Shown piece by piece: positions 50,108 to 60,170 of a stretch of DNA of 64,000 nt. The stretch covers positions 2,400,001 to 2,464,000 of the forward strand of contig OY781964.1 of the NCBI GenBank assembly GCA_963677485.1. Reading direction: 5' to 3'. The number at the start of each line of letters is the position of its first letter. The first letter of the stretch is position 1. The notes under the pieces are model-generated. The model did not search any database, was not told the DNA's origin, and saw only the letters and a list, made by a program, of their open reading frames with translations. This DNA comes from Armatimonadota bacterium (lineage in GTDB: Bacteria; Armatimonadota; HRBIN16). The position numbers were made by a program, and so were the translations under genes.

Positions 50108-51763
50108 AGTATCTTACCAACCATATTTTGAACACGGTGTATAGAATATTCTGATATTACGCACCACACAAAGCGTTAGGCACAACGATCTGGCGAATAG
50201 CAAGTGCTGCCATGATGATACGCTTGCCAAGTGCAGTGAGGTAGTATTTGTAGCGTTTACCGCATTTTTTAACGAGCCGGAATACTCGGCATCGCTTGAT
50301 GAAGTATGATATCTGAGAGCTGGACATCTGCGGTAAGGCTTTTTGAAGCATACGGTTTGTGATCCCGCTGATGCATCCCTCTCCGCGAGCAAGTGCAATG
50401 AGACATTCCAAATCCTTCTTGAGGAAAAGGTTGAATCCTCGATACGAGCGATGATCACGGGTGGTCGAGGTCGCGATTTTGATGATCTGATGTTCACCAT
50501 CGCTGTTGTCATCAAGGGCGGAAAGAAAGTCAAGATATCTGTTGTTTGCAGATAATAACAGTTCCCTCAATGGAGGAAGGCTGTAGATGGTCTTTTGCAT
50601 AGGGGCGTATTTAATCTCAGTCGTCCCATCATGATGTTCTACCTCACGGTAGTGTTTAAATTCAGAGACGTCATTCACAGTCGTCTCGATACGCAAGATT
50701 ATCCCTTGCTTGTCATACATTTTGATAGAAGCCCATCCCATGTAGTGTTTGATGCGCGTGCCTTGTATGCGGCGATCGAACTTGTAGTCAGTGCCGATCT
50801 CAGCGAGTGTTCGCCCATCAAGTTTCTTACCAAGAAACATCGCGATAGACTCTGGCGTTACCGTATGTATCGCTGTTTTGACTAGATTATCGTAGATGGC
50901 TTTGAGGTCTTCGGCGCGTTTGAACACGATGTCTGTAGCATATTCCACCTGCATTAGCGACCAATGATATGAATTGTCAGCAAGCCGTATCACGGGGCAA
51001 TACATTCTGGCAAATGCATCCAGCGCATGGTGCAGCTTATCAGCAGGAAAAGCGTCTGCCAGCCTCTGAGCACAGCTAAAGTCGTCGATTTTTACAAAGG
51101 CGTTGTCCAGTGGAGTGAAAACTACTCCCTCGGATTGAAGGCAATGCGCGAGATAATTGTGTCCATTACAATAGAATTGCAGACGGAAGGGCACCCAGGT
51201 CGGAACTCGTAGATAGCACAGTCCAAACTCTGCATCGATGAAATAGAAGTAGTAATGAAGACACTTGGTCTCCTTGATATTCAGCCGGGTTTTGTGGGTA
51301 ATCTTGTCGTGCCACGGGGTGTATGCAGGACATTTTTCCAACACTGAGAATATGTGGACGAGACCGGGGTGACACCCTCGACTACTAATGATCTCTTTGA
51401 TGCGGTCTTCTTTTCGAAATGAAGAGGCACGGCGTATATACTCAATTTCAATGCTGTTGGTAACGGCAAGGCGTTCCGCATTGGCTTTGATCTCATCTCG
51501 TAGAGGTTCGGCAAATTCCTTAGGAAAGTCAAATAGCCTGATGTTGCGTTGATGAAGATAGATGCCCATTCCGTCGCTATGACACCAGCCTGGGATTGTA
51601 CCGGTGATAACTATGCGGTCGAAGCATGAATATACCCCAGCTATCTGCTTTGCATAGCGTTCTTGAAGTGATGTCATTCTGGGCAACCTCACGAAAGGGT
51701 GTTTGAATGTATATTACGTGGCGAATGCAATCATTCCTTTTTTGGTTGCGGCTAAGCCGCCTT
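50108..51763 (-). mobile_element. Insertion element copy 2 (1656 bp), same as copy 1
   Basis: All ORF translations are identical to copy 1; TTAG at 50106-50109 and 51762-51765; flanks are unrelated to those of copy 1. Confidence 0.93.
50157..51692 (-). CDS. Putative Rep_trans-like transposase (identical to 11375-12910)
   Basis: Identical 511-aa translation. Confidence 0.75.
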   Translation of the reverse strand: MRLPRMTSLQERYAKQIAGVYSCFDRIVITGTIPGWCHSDGMGIYLHQRNIRLFDFPKEFAEPLRDEIKANAERLAVTNSIEIEYIRRASSFRKEDRIKEIISSRGCHPGLVHIFSVLEKCPAYTPWHDKITHKTRLNIKETKCLHYYFYFIDAEFGLCYLRVPTWVPFRLQFYCNGHNYLAHCLQSEGVVFTPLDNAFVKIDDFSCAQRLADAFPADKLHHALDAFARMYCPVIRLADNSYHWSLMQVEYATDIVFKRAEDLKAIYDNLVKTAIHTVTPESIAMFLGKKLDGRTLAEIGTDYKFDRRIQGTRIKHYMGWASIKMYDKQGIILRIETTVNDVSEFKHYREVEHHDGTTEIKYAPMQKTIYSLPPLRELLLSANNRYLDFLSALDDNSDGEHQIIKIATSTTRDHRSYRGFNLFLKKDLECLIALARGEGCISGITNRMLQKALPQMSSSQISYFIKRCRVFRLVKKCGKRYKYYLTALGKRIIMAALAIRQIVVPNALCGA

Positions 51764-51779
51764 AGGGGGGGTGGATTGT

Positions 51780-52070
51780 CTGAACCACGGATTACGCGGA
51801 TAATTCGGATGACACGGATGGGGAGGCGGGTTTGTCACGCGAAGACGCGAAGACGCGAAGGGGGTGGGGAGTGTGTCACGCGTAGACGCGAAGACGCGAA
51901 GGGGAGGCGGGTTGGACGGATGCGAGGGCGCGAAGACGCGAAGGGGCAAGGCGGGTTGGATGTATGCGAGGGCGTGGCGGGTATGGTGCGTATGGCTACC
52001 CCTGGGAACGCCAATCTCCCGATTGGCATTTCCCTTCCCCATTCGCGTTCATTCGTGTTCATTCGCGGTT
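51780..52070. repeat. Repeat mosaic: CACGGAT 9-mers, (CGCGAAGA)n 8-mers, Family C REP, ATTCGTG arms
   Basis: CACGCGAAGACGCGAAGACGCGAAGG in three clusters; CCCCTGGGAACGCCAATCTCCCGATTGGC (51999-52027); ATTCGCGTTCATTCGTGTTCATTCGCGG. Confidence 0.8.
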
Positions 52071-52136
52071 AAAATGAGCCAGCAACAGGTCGGGTAGGAT
52101 GAGTAGGACGAGTAAGGTAAGGGTAGGGCTGCCGCG

Positions 52137-52691
52137 CTAGCTCCAGTTGATGGGCCGTTTGCGGGGTTTGCTGAGGGTTTTGGGGGGTGCTGGGGTGCGG
52201 GAGTTGCGGATGCGCAGCACGCAGATAACCAGCGCCATCACACCCACACCGATGAGCAGCAGGGGGTAGTTCCGCCGGCCGTGGACAATGCTGATATATC
52301 CGTGCCCCAGAAAATAGAAGCCTAGCGCGGCGAGGTATGTGATCTGGGTGCTGTTTGTTTCGCCCTTGAAGGCCATGCGAATCGCGCTGTAAGCGGCCAG
52401 CAGACCTACTGTGATGCGCATACCGACTTCCACCCAATACTCGGCTGGATTTTCAACGACAGTATGCAACAGATCGCGCAGCAGAACCGCACTCACGGCG
52501 GCTACGCCTACTGCCACCCATAGCAGAATATAACGCCGCGTCTGGGGGATTATCAACCCGATGCAGACGACCGCCGCGATGAGGCTTTGAGCCGATTGCT
52601 GCGGAATCTGCTTAAAGCCCTCGCTATACGGTGCCAGACACGCGGCTATCACAGCGGGAATGGCCAGCTCTGCCCATGGGGATAACTTCAA
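52137..52691 (-). CDS. Hypothetical membrane protein (about 6 TM)
   Basis: Hydrophobic segments and a basic tail; operon-like spacing to the upstream ORF. Confidence 0.6.
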   Translation of the reverse strand: MKLSPWAELAIPAVIAACLAPYSEGFKQIPQQSAQSLIAAVVCIGLIIPQTRRYILLWVAVGVAAVSAVLLRDLLHTVVENPAEYWVEVGMRITVGLLAAYSAIRMAFKGETNSTQITYLAALGFYFLGHGYISIVHGRRNYPLLLIGVGVMALVICVLRIRNSRTPAPPKTLSKPRKRPINWS

Positions 52692-52697
52692 CGGATG

Positions 52698-53333
52698 TTA
52701 GTCCTCAGCGAGAAGCTGCTGCATTAACTCCTCGGTTTTCCCTTGTAAATACTGTGCGCTATCGTAGGCACAGGTCAGAATTTGGTCCAGCGTCACGCCA
52801 GTGCCGGTGACGGCATCGAACTGCATGTAGAAGTAGGCCGGATCGGCAAAGAGGGGCTCAATGCGCAGGTCGCAGTGGAACATCGCCTCTTCAAATGTGA
52901 ACCGTAGACCCACCCCGCGTAGTTGGCTGCCGAAGTGCTTGCGCAGCGATTCGCCAGGCAGGCACAGGAAGTTGTCTACGCTGGACTCCGTGGACGCACC
53001 GCCGGCATCGCGCTTGCCGATCCACTGCACGGCCCCTGTGAAGGCGTCACCCAGCAGCAGGCCGTCGCGAAATGCGGCGAGTGCGCGCACGGAACGGGCC
53101 GATTCTGGGTTGATCGGGTCCGCCTCGCTCACGTAGATGGTCTGCTGTGGACTCACGAACAGCCCTTCTCTGCTGTCGTTGTTAATGTAGCCCAGAAAAC
53201 CTGGCATCTGAGTTTGCTGGGGGGCAAAGCTAGGGCCGAGTGCCTCCAGCAGGCTGTTGTGGCGCGGCTCGCTGAACTGCCCAATGTCTGTGTTCAGTGT
53301 GATCTGTAGCTTGTTGAGGATCGTTTCTGGCAT
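52698..53333 (-). CDS. Hypothetical protein
   Basis: 211-aa ORF with a GGAG RBS; VGLRF and LRIEP segments; no confident family. Confidence 0.6.
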   Translation of the reverse strand: MPETILNKLQITLNTDIGQFSEPRHNSLLEALGPSFAPQQTQMPGFLGYINNDSREGLFVSPQQTIYVSEADPINPESARSVRALAAFRDGLLLGDAFTGAVQWIGKRDAGGASTESSVDNFLCLPGESLRKHFGSQLRGVGLRFTFEEAMFHCDLRIEPLFADPAYFYMQFDAVTGTGVTLDQILTCAYDSAQYLQGKTEELMQQLLAED

Positions 53334-53442
53334 TCTAAACTCCGTTTGGTGTTACCTTATAAAGCGTACTGGCCATCAGGGCCTTTGTCAAGATGCCGCA
53401 ATGCCGGCTGTGGTTAATGGTGCGAAACCATGCGGTGTGATT

Positions 53443-54276
53443 TCATCTACCGGCCTCGCGTAACACCTCGTCGGCTGCTGTGGGGTTCTTTTGCTTTCGG
53501 AGAAGTTGCTCCGCGGCCTGGTAGAAGCGTCGGGCGGTGTCGGTATCGGCCAAGTCACGAGCGCTTCTTGCCGCGGCGAGCAGTGCGGCGGGGCTGTCGG
53601 TTTCCAAGGCCGCCCACTGTCGGCATAGACGGGCTGCGGCGATGAGGTCACCTTGCTGCCTGCATTTTTCGATGTCACGCACCAGTAGCAGTCGAGTGGC
53701 AGCGATATTGATGCCAAAGGCGTAAGCCAGCGTCACCGCGAAAAGAAAAGCCAGCAGATGCCCTGCGTAACCCACCTGCATCTGCCCGTTCACCAGGCTT
53801 TGCATCAGCATCACCAACTGCTGCACCACCATGGCACATATGATGATCAATACGCTGGGAATGCGAACCTGGCCTAGATTGAAGCCCACATATGCAAACC
53901 GTACGGCGCATAGCCCCATGGCACCAAAGACCAGGCTGCTCATGCCGATTTGTGGCTGACCCGCCAGGTCAGGACGGAAGGCGCTGGTGAACATCGCTTG
54001 CCCAAGGTTGCCAGCAAACGCAGCCGCCCAGACCACCAACAGATTTTCACGCGAACGCAACTTGAGCTCCAGAGGCAGGTAGAACATCATCATGCCCATC
54101 AGGTTGCCTGACAGGTGCCCCCAGTCGGCATGAACAAACAGTGCGCTGAGGGGAGCCCATAACGGGAAGCCAGCCGGGATAAGCTGCACCCAGCCTATCC
54201 ACGACTCGCGGTTAGGTATTATTTGAATCAGCACTGCAGTCAGCAGTACGATCAGTGTAGAAAAAGGCCAATTCAC
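53443..54276 (-). CDS. Rhomboid family intramembrane serine protease with a C-terminal TPR-like helical region
   Basis: FVHADWGHL.GN, GMSSLVFG (GxS), AGHL motifs. Confidence 0.85.
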   Translation of the reverse strand: MNWPFSTLIVLLTAVLIQIIPNRESWIGWVQLIPAGFPLWAPLSALFVHADWGHLSGNLMGMMMFYLPLELKLRSRENLLVVWAAAFAGNLGQAMFTSAFRPDLAGQPQIGMSSLVFGAMGLCAVRFAYVGFNLGQVRIPSVLIIICAMVVQQLVMLMQSLVNGQMQVGYAGHLLAFLFAVTLAYAFGINIAATRLLLVRDIEKCRQQGDLIAAARLCRQWAALETDSPAALLAAARSARDLADTDTARRFYQAAEQLLRKQKNPTAADEVLREAGR

Positions 54277-54361
54277 CCTTTTAGATTAACGGCTTCCTTC
54301 CTATATGGCAACTCACTCCGATTTCCTGTGCGGGTACTGATGTCATGCATCGGCTGTGTGA

Positions 54362-55474
54362 CTAATACTGAATGGTGCGATCGGCACCTGCTCCATATCT
54401 TGCCACCTTCAACGTGCGTTGGAGCCGGTCTATTGTAAAAACATCCCAGGCGGTTTCATCGGCCGTATCATCTATTAATGGCGTGGCCGTCGGTCCGATA
54501 CCCACACCGCTTCGCGCGCAATGGCAGGCAATGTGCGTGATGCCCTGAATGACATCCACCTTATCGGTATGCACGTGACCGTAGATGCAACCGATCAGCT
54601 CCATTGGCCCTTGAGCCCCAAAATCTACATCCAGTGAGTAGGCAAAGTCACCTTCTGACTGCTCCGAGTAGGGGGTGCCCGATTGCCAGGCCCGCAGTAA
54701 GCTCAGCATCGCCTGCGTGTTGTTTATGGCCAGGTCGCCTTCAAAAGTGAGGCTGAACTCCAGTGGAATATGGCTGAAGATGAGCACGCTCCAATCCGAG
54801 CCATCCGGTTTATCGCTGAAATTCAAGGCGGTATGGGCTATCCAGTTCAGTTGCGCATTGGAGAAGCTGTATTCCCATTGGCCTAGAAACCTGGGTGATC
54901 CGTTCTCCTTCAGCGTATACGGTATGTCGATCACGTTTAAGAAGATGGCTCGGATTTTGGTGGCAGGCAAGTCGTAGTAGTAATACAAACCGTGCGGATG
55001 GAGCGGATCGAGCTGAGCGATACCCTCGATGTGTTGAAACAGGCGGGTATACTCGTCAACCGGATATACAGTGTTTGCATGCGAAGGCTCCGGGTTTTCG
55101 TTGTGGTCGTATATCGTATTGTCATCGTGGTTGCCCTTCACAGGAAAAATCGGCAAACCCGTGACCTCGGCCCGCATCAGCGCTGCCAATTCCTCGTAAT
55201 AGCTCAATACATTCTCACGGGGACCATTTTGTATGAAGTCGCCGCCAACGGCCACGAATAATACCGGGACACTTTGCACCAGCCGGCCCAATGCGGCGAA
55301 GCTGTGCATGACAGGCTGGCATTGATGGTAATAGTGCAGGTCGCTGATGAACGCAAATGAGGCTGTGTCAGGAGTTTGGTGGCTGAGAACGGCCTGCACG
55401 GTTTCATTAAGTTCGGCGTCCGAATGTGAAGGCAAACAAGAGTGTGGCACGTAGACCCTCCCGGTAGATGGCAA
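54362..55474 (-). CDS. Calcineurin-like metallophosphoesterase
   Basis: SDLH, GGD, KGNHD, FSH.P, GHVH motifs. Confidence 0.88.
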   Translation of the reverse strand: MPSTGRVYVPHSCLPSHSDAELNETVQAVLSHQTPDTASFAFISDLHYYHQCQPVMHSFAALGRLVQSVPVLFVAVGGDFIQNGPRENVLSYYEELAALMRAEVTGLPIFPVKGNHDDNTIYDHNENPEPSHANTVYPVDEYTRLFQHIEGIAQLDPLHPHGLYYYYDLPATKIRAIFLNVIDIPYTLKENGSPRFLGQWEYSFSNAQLNWIAHTALNFSDKPDGSDWSVLIFSHIPLEFSLTFEGDLAINNTQAMLSLLRAWQSGTPYSEQSEGDFAYSLDVDFGAQGPMELIGCIYGHVHTDKVDVIQGITHIACHCARSGVGIGPTATPLIDDTADETAWDVFTIDRLQRTLKVARYGAGADRTIQY

Positions 55475-55670
55475 ATATGGTGTTCAGCACCGTCGTCATG
55501 CTGTTGATATGACTGTATCACACTGCGGTCGTGCCGTCAAAACGCAGATGCGGTGTGTGTGCCATGGTGTATGATCTTCGGGCAAGGAAGGCGTCCATTA
55601 CAGAACAACACGAACACAAATGAGCTCTTCTGAGTCATATAAGAGACGAAACGCCGTGTAAGCAGCTGGT

Positions 55671-55750
55671 CGTAGGGGCCGTGCCTTGTGCCGGCACTAA
55701 CAAATATCGTATGAACAACGATTAGGACCACCACAAGGGTGACCCCTACG
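55671..55750. repeat. GTAG-type REP doublet
   Basis: GTAGGGGCCGTGCCTTGTGCCGGC ... inverted ACCACAAGGGTGACCCCTAC. Confidence 0.55.
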
Positions 55751-55875
55751 ACAGCATCAGTTACAGCCTGGGCTGCCGTGTCAGCACGAGCAGGTGATTC
55801 CCGCTGGGTGTCATTTTATGTGACGAAATGCGGCATAGTGTATATATTTGGTGGATGTGGTATACTTACGTCTTG

Positions 55876-56637
55876 ATGGTACATAACGTCTTTACCAAAC
55901 CACAGCGCGTTGGCCTGCTTGGAATCGGCACCGATCCTGTTACCATGGAACAGGCCATTCAGCTCATCCAGTATTTTATCGAAGAGGGCCAGCCTCATCA
56001 CATCGTCACATGCGATGCCAGTATGGTGGTGATGGCTCAGGCTGATTCTGTTCTTGGTGATATCGTGCGCAGAGCCGCGCTTGTCACCCCTGACTCCATC
56101 GGCATTCTCTGGGCTTGCAAGAAATTGGCCACCGCGATGCCGGAGCGCGTGAGTGGGGTAGACATTGTTCAGCGGCTGGTGGCACTTAGTGCGCAGTCCA
56201 ATGGGCCGCGTCTTTTCTTTTTGGGGGCTGCACCCGGCATTGCCGATGCTGCGGCTGAGCGTATGAGGGTGATTTACCCTGGAGCTCAGATTGTGGGTAG
56301 TGCTCATGGTTATTTCTCGGAATCCGATGAGCCTGAGGTCATAAAGGCGATCCAGGCGGCGAAACCTGATGTGCTTTGCGTTGCACTCGGGATACCGAAG
56401 CAAGAAAAATGGATTGATAAACACGCAAATAAACTAGGAGTGCCTGTTTTAATCGGCGTTGGGGGTACATTTGATGTATTATCCGGCCGTGTGAAACGGG
56501 CACCCAAGCTGTTTCAGACACTCAATATCGAATGGGTATGGCGGTTAGCCAGTAACCCATCTAAAATAGCGAAAGTGAGTCTGCTGCCCAGGTTTGCCTG
56601 GATGGTGCTCACTGCAAAGCAACCAAAAGGTGATTAG
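55876..56637 (+). CDS. WecB/TagA/CpsF family glycosyltransferase
   Basis: LVTPD.IG, ERVSGVD, FFLGA.PG, HGYF, VALG.PKQEKWI, GVGGTFDV.SG.VKRAP, EW..RL. Confidence 0.93.
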   Translation: MVHNVFTKPQRVGLLGIGTDPVTMEQAIQLIQYFIEEGQPHHIVTCDASMVVMAQADSVLGDIVRRAALVTPDSIGILWACKKLATAMPERVSGVDIVQRLVALSAQSNGPRLFFLGAAPGIADAAAERMRVIYPGAQIVGSAHGYFSESDEPEVIKAIQAAKPDVLCVALGIPKQEKWIDKHANKLGVPVLIGVGGTFDVLSGRVKRAPKLFQTLNIEWVWRLASNPSKIAKVSLLPRFAWMVLTAKQPKGD

Positions 56638-56639
56638 AT

Positions 56640-57119
56640 ATGGGGCAGGAGATCATCCTCACTCAAGACGGCTACGATAAACTGCATGCCGAGATAGAAC
56701 AACTTCGAAATGTCGGCAGGCCTGAGATATCAGAACGAATTCGCCAGGCACGTCTTCTGGGCGACCTTAGCGAAAACTTCGACTATCAAGACGCCAAACA
56801 CCAACAGGGACTGATGGAAGCACGCATCAATGAACTGAAGGCTATGCTTGAAAATGCCCGCATCGTGGCAGGGGCCACCGATAACGGTGTGGTAGGGATA
56901 GGTTCACTGGTTTCCGTGAAAGACGAATTCGAAGACGAATACACGATCAAACTGGTTGATACCATCGACCCGGAAAATGAGCAGGACATCGATATAGACT
57001 ACGTCTCAGCCGATTCCCCCATGGGGCGTGTGCTGATTGGCAAGAAGCAGGGTGCTTCCATCACTGTAGAGGGTGAAGGCCGTTCTTTTGATATCGAAAT
57101 CCTCTCCGTCAGCCTCTAG
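56640..57119 (+). CDS. greA: Transcription elongation factor GreA
   Basis: LT.DG..KL..E...L, R.EI..RI..AR..GDLSEN.DY..AK..Q, VS.DSPMG..LIG. Confidence 0.93.
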   Translation: MGQEIILTQDGYDKLHAEIEQLRNVGRPEISERIRQARLLGDLSENFDYQDAKHQQGLMEARINELKAMLENARIVAGATDNGVVGIGSLVSVKDEFEDEYTIKLVDTIDPENEQDIDIDYVSADSPMGRVLIGKKQGASITVEGEGRSFDIEILSVSL

Positions 57120-57123
57120 CGAG

Positions 57124-58293
57124 GTGCGTGAACTCCCGCGCCTTCCGCACTTCACGGTCACAGCCCGCTCACACCGGGCCCGTTGCGGAGAACTCACACT
57201 ACCGCACGGCCTGGTAGAAACACCAGTTTTCATGCCCGTTGGCACGCAAGGTACCGTGAAAGCCATGACCCAGGAAGAGCTTGTCCAACTGGACTTCCCC
57301 ATCATTTTGTGCAACACCTACCACACCTATCTTCGCCCTGGTCATGAGCTGATTGCTCGTGCGGGGGGGCTGCATGGGTTTATCAACTGGCAGGGGAATA
57401 TCCTGACCGACTCTGGCGGGTTTCAGGTGTTTTCGCTGCAGGAGCTGCGCACCATCAGTGAGCACGGTGTGGAGTTTAAGAGCCACCTTGATGGATCCAA
57501 GCACCTGTTCACCCCCGAACGTGCCGTACGCATCCAAGGCGCGCTGGGCAGCGATATCATGATGGCTTTTGATCAACTAGCCGCCAACCCCTGCACCAAG
57601 CAGCAGTCGGCTGAAGCAATGGAGCGCACCCACCGGTGGGCAAAGCGCTGCGTGGACGAATGGCATACGGCCCGTGAGGAGTGGCAGCGCGGAGAGAACG
57701 AGATGCTTCCCAACCCGGGACAGGTTTTGTTCGGCATCGTGCAGGGTGGGATATACGACGATCTGCGGCAGCAAAGTGCGGAAGCCATCGCGGAACTGGA
57801 CACGCCCGGCATCGCGATCGGCGGTGTGGCGGTGGGTGAGGAGAAGGCGCTGATCTTCAGCACGGTGGAGTACACCACGCCCCTTCTACCGGACCACAAA
57901 CCGCGCTACCTGATGGGTGTGGGCGAACCGGATGATATCCTGCACGCCGTGAGCTGTGGTGTGGACATGTTCGACTGCGTGCTGCCCACGCGGCTTGCCC
58001 GCAACGCCGCTATGATGACGCACTACGGCCGGGTGAACCTGCGCAACAGTAAATACAAAGAGCAGTTCACACCGGTTGACGATCTGTGTGATTGCCAGGT
58101 GTGCCGGAACTACTCCGCAGCGTATATACATCACCTGTTCCAGGCCAAAGAGATACTGGCGGCCCGTTTGGCTACCTTCCACAACCTTTACTTCTTGCAC
58201 CAGCTCATGGCAGACATCCGCGTAGCCATACGGGCGGAACGTCTGGATGCCTTTGCCGCGGAGTTCCTCAGCCTCTACCAAGCGGCCCAATAA
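57124..58293 (+). CDS. tgt: Queuine tRNA-ribosyltransferase
   Basis: TPVFMPVGTQG.VK, NTYH, LTDSGGFQVFSL, FGIVQGG, PRYLMGVG, DMFDCV.PTR, CDC.VC. Confidence 0.97.
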   Translation: MRELPRLPHFTVTARSHRARCGELTLPHGLVETPVFMPVGTQGTVKAMTQEELVQLDFPIILCNTYHTYLRPGHELIARAGGLHGFINWQGNILTDSGGFQVFSLQELRTISEHGVEFKSHLDGSKHLFTPERAVRIQGALGSDIMMAFDQLAANPCTKQQSAEAMERTHRWAKRCVDEWHTAREEWQRGENEMLPNPGQVLFGIVQGGIYDDLRQQSAEAIAELDTPGIAIGGVAVGEEKALIFSTVEYTTPLLPDHKPRYLMGVGEPDDILHAVSCGVDMFDCVLPTRLARNAAMMTHYGRVNLRNSKYKEQFTPVDDLCDCQVCRNYSAAYIHHLFQAKEILAARLATFHNLYFLHQLMADIRVAIRAERLDAFAAEFLSLYQAAQ

Positions 58294-58369
58294 CGCGCTG
58301 CCCATCGCCTTCCTCGCCGCATTACCCACAGATGAAGGAACCTGCTCCGGTAGTGGTGAATATGTTGGC

Positions 58370-58939
58370 ATGAAGGCTGTGATCATCGATGGAAATATGG
58401 ACCCCTCACCCACGACGGGCACCGTGATACACTGCTTGGAACCCTTGCTGGTGAGCAACGGGTATCAGGTGAGCACCATCACGCTGCGTGAGATGAGCGT
58501 TCAGGCCTGCACGATGTGCCAGCAGTGCTCCATCACGGGAGAGTGGAAATGCACACATGGCGACGAATGGCCATTGATTGCGAAAGGCGCGAAGTCAGCC
58601 GATCTGCTGCTGTTGCTTTCACCCATTAGCTTTGGCGGGCACTGCTCGCTGATGAAGAGCTTCCTGGACAGGCTGTTATACAATCTGTCACCTAACTACA
58701 TGCGCCATCAAACCGCCGCTGCTCCTGGCCGGAGTTCCCACAGCATCCCACGCATCTGCACAGTAGGGATGCTGGTTGGTGCAGACCCTGAGCAGGAGAC
58801 CACCTTCACGGAGCTTTGCCGCCGGAACGGATTGAGTTTCGGCTGCCTTCGCTGCAGCTCAATCGTGATGAGTAACCTGCCGCCCCAGCGCGTGCTGCTC
58901 AAACAAATGAAGCAGTTGCTGGAAGGGGTGGCGGGTTGA
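58370..58939 (+). CDS. Flavodoxin-like (iron-sulfur flavoprotein/FMN reductase family) protein
   Basis: CTMC..C......C...D, ADL..LLSPI.FGG..S.MK.FLDRL. Confidence 0.75.
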   Translation: MKAVIIDGNMDPSPTTGTVIHCLEPLLVSNGYQVSTITLREMSVQACTMCQQCSITGEWKCTHGDEWPLIAKGAKSADLLLLLSPISFGGHCSLMKSFLDRLLYNLSPNYMRHQTAAAPGRSSHSIPRICTVGMLVGADPEQETTFTELCRRNGLSFGCLRCSSIVMSNLPPQRVLLKQMKQLLEGVAG

Positions 58940-59577
58940 GTTTCCCAGATGCACTGATTGTGGTGGGTAGCCCAAGGCCTGGCGGAGGCACTTCAGGCTC
59001 ATTGGCTGCTGACCTCAGCAAAGGGCTGAGCCGCTACGGTCTGCGCTGTGAGACGGTGAATGTGGAGCAGGCGGTCAAGCTGATATACGAGCGCGAATCG
59101 ACCATCGAAATGCTGAACAAATGCCGACTGCTGATATTTAGTTTTCCCACCTACACCGATGCTCCGCCGGCCATCATGATGCGCTTGATGGAGATCATCG
59201 CCAGCCGGCGGGCCGATGGCAGCTACACCGGCCAGCCCGATTTTGTGGCGATTGCGAATGGCGGATTTCCAGAAGCGGCGCATAACGCCGTGAGCTTGCG
59301 CATCTGCCGTTGTTTCGCTGGTCAGGCGGGATTGAATTGGCTGGGCGGGCTGAGTGTGCCGGAGGGGCTGGCCATCAACGGCATTCCGCTGGAGCAGCTC
59401 GGTCGCATGGCATTGGGCGTACGCAAAGCGTTAGCGCTTACCAGCTTCGCATTGGCCAGACGCCAGCCCATCCCCGCGCAGGCCATTGAGCTGATGGCCC
59501 GCCCGATGATCCCCCCGGCGGTCTATTCGCTGCTGGGCCGCATGGGCTGGCCGAAGAAGTCGCGCGGCCAGGCGTAG
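58936..59577 (+). CDS. Flavodoxin-like NAD(P)H-dependent oxidoreductase
   Basis: GSPRP.G.TS, FPTY.D.PP, NGGFPE..HN motifs. Confidence 0.75.
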   Translation: MSFPDALIVVGSPRPGGGTSGSLAADLSKGLSRYGLRCETVNVEQAVKLIYERESTIEMLNKCRLLIFSFPTYTDAPPAIMMRLMEIIASRRADGSYTGQPDFVAIANGGFPEAAHNAVSLRICRCFAGQAGLNWLGGLSVPEGLAINGIPLEQLGRMALGVRKALALTSFALARRQPIPAQAIELMARPMIPPAVYSLLGRMGWPKKSRGQA

Positions 59578-59625
59578 ATCCTGCGGTTTACCCGAAACGG
59601 GAGATTAGCATCCATGACCACATTG

Positions 59626-60032
59626 CCGCGACATAAATATCAGTCTATTACCCACAAATATTGCATGGCCAGTAGGTCACCGATTCCGCGACATAAATGT
59701 CTCGGCTATTGAACACTAAGACTGCTGAAGCAGTCTTCATTAACGTTATCTATGTCGGCAAGGAGCTCCGCAGCCCGGTTTAGCGGGCTTGTTGATCAAT
59801 AGCCGAGACATTTATGTCGCGGCACATGGTCGAAACGATCCCAACTGGATTTGTGGGTAATAAACTGGGTTCCTGCACCGCACGGCTAATCATTAGCGGC
59901 CGGCGTCGCTTCGCTCCGGCCGGCGCAAGGAGGGTCTTGTTCGCGAAACCAGTCTTCCTGGCTAACCGCCAGAACGGCGCGGTCATGAGCTTTCTGCTGC
60001 CGCTAGCCTGCGCACAGACCGCCCCGGACATG
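59626..60032. repeat. Family A element copy 3 (59641-59868) plus Family B and other modules
   Basis: Outer IR CAGTCTATTACCCACAAAT / ATTTGTGGGTAATAAACTG; inner IR CCGCGACATAAATGTCTCGGCT; CGCTAGCCTGCGCACAGACCGCCCCGGACAT shared with about 9251-9281. Confidence 0.85.
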
Positions 60033-60170
60033 GCCAATTGGGCTGCGGTGGTCATCACCCAATCTGCGTCATCTGTGTAATCTGTGGATGACCCTCCCCC
60101 TTCGCTTCTTCGCACTACCCCCCAATCTGCTATACTTGAACATATAGCGACCACCACAACAGACCAACGG

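Noticed and set aside
60132-60150. LexA/SOS box upstream of dinB (GAACATATAGCG)
   Set aside because: Only the left half resembles GAAC-N4-GTTC; the right half does not match.
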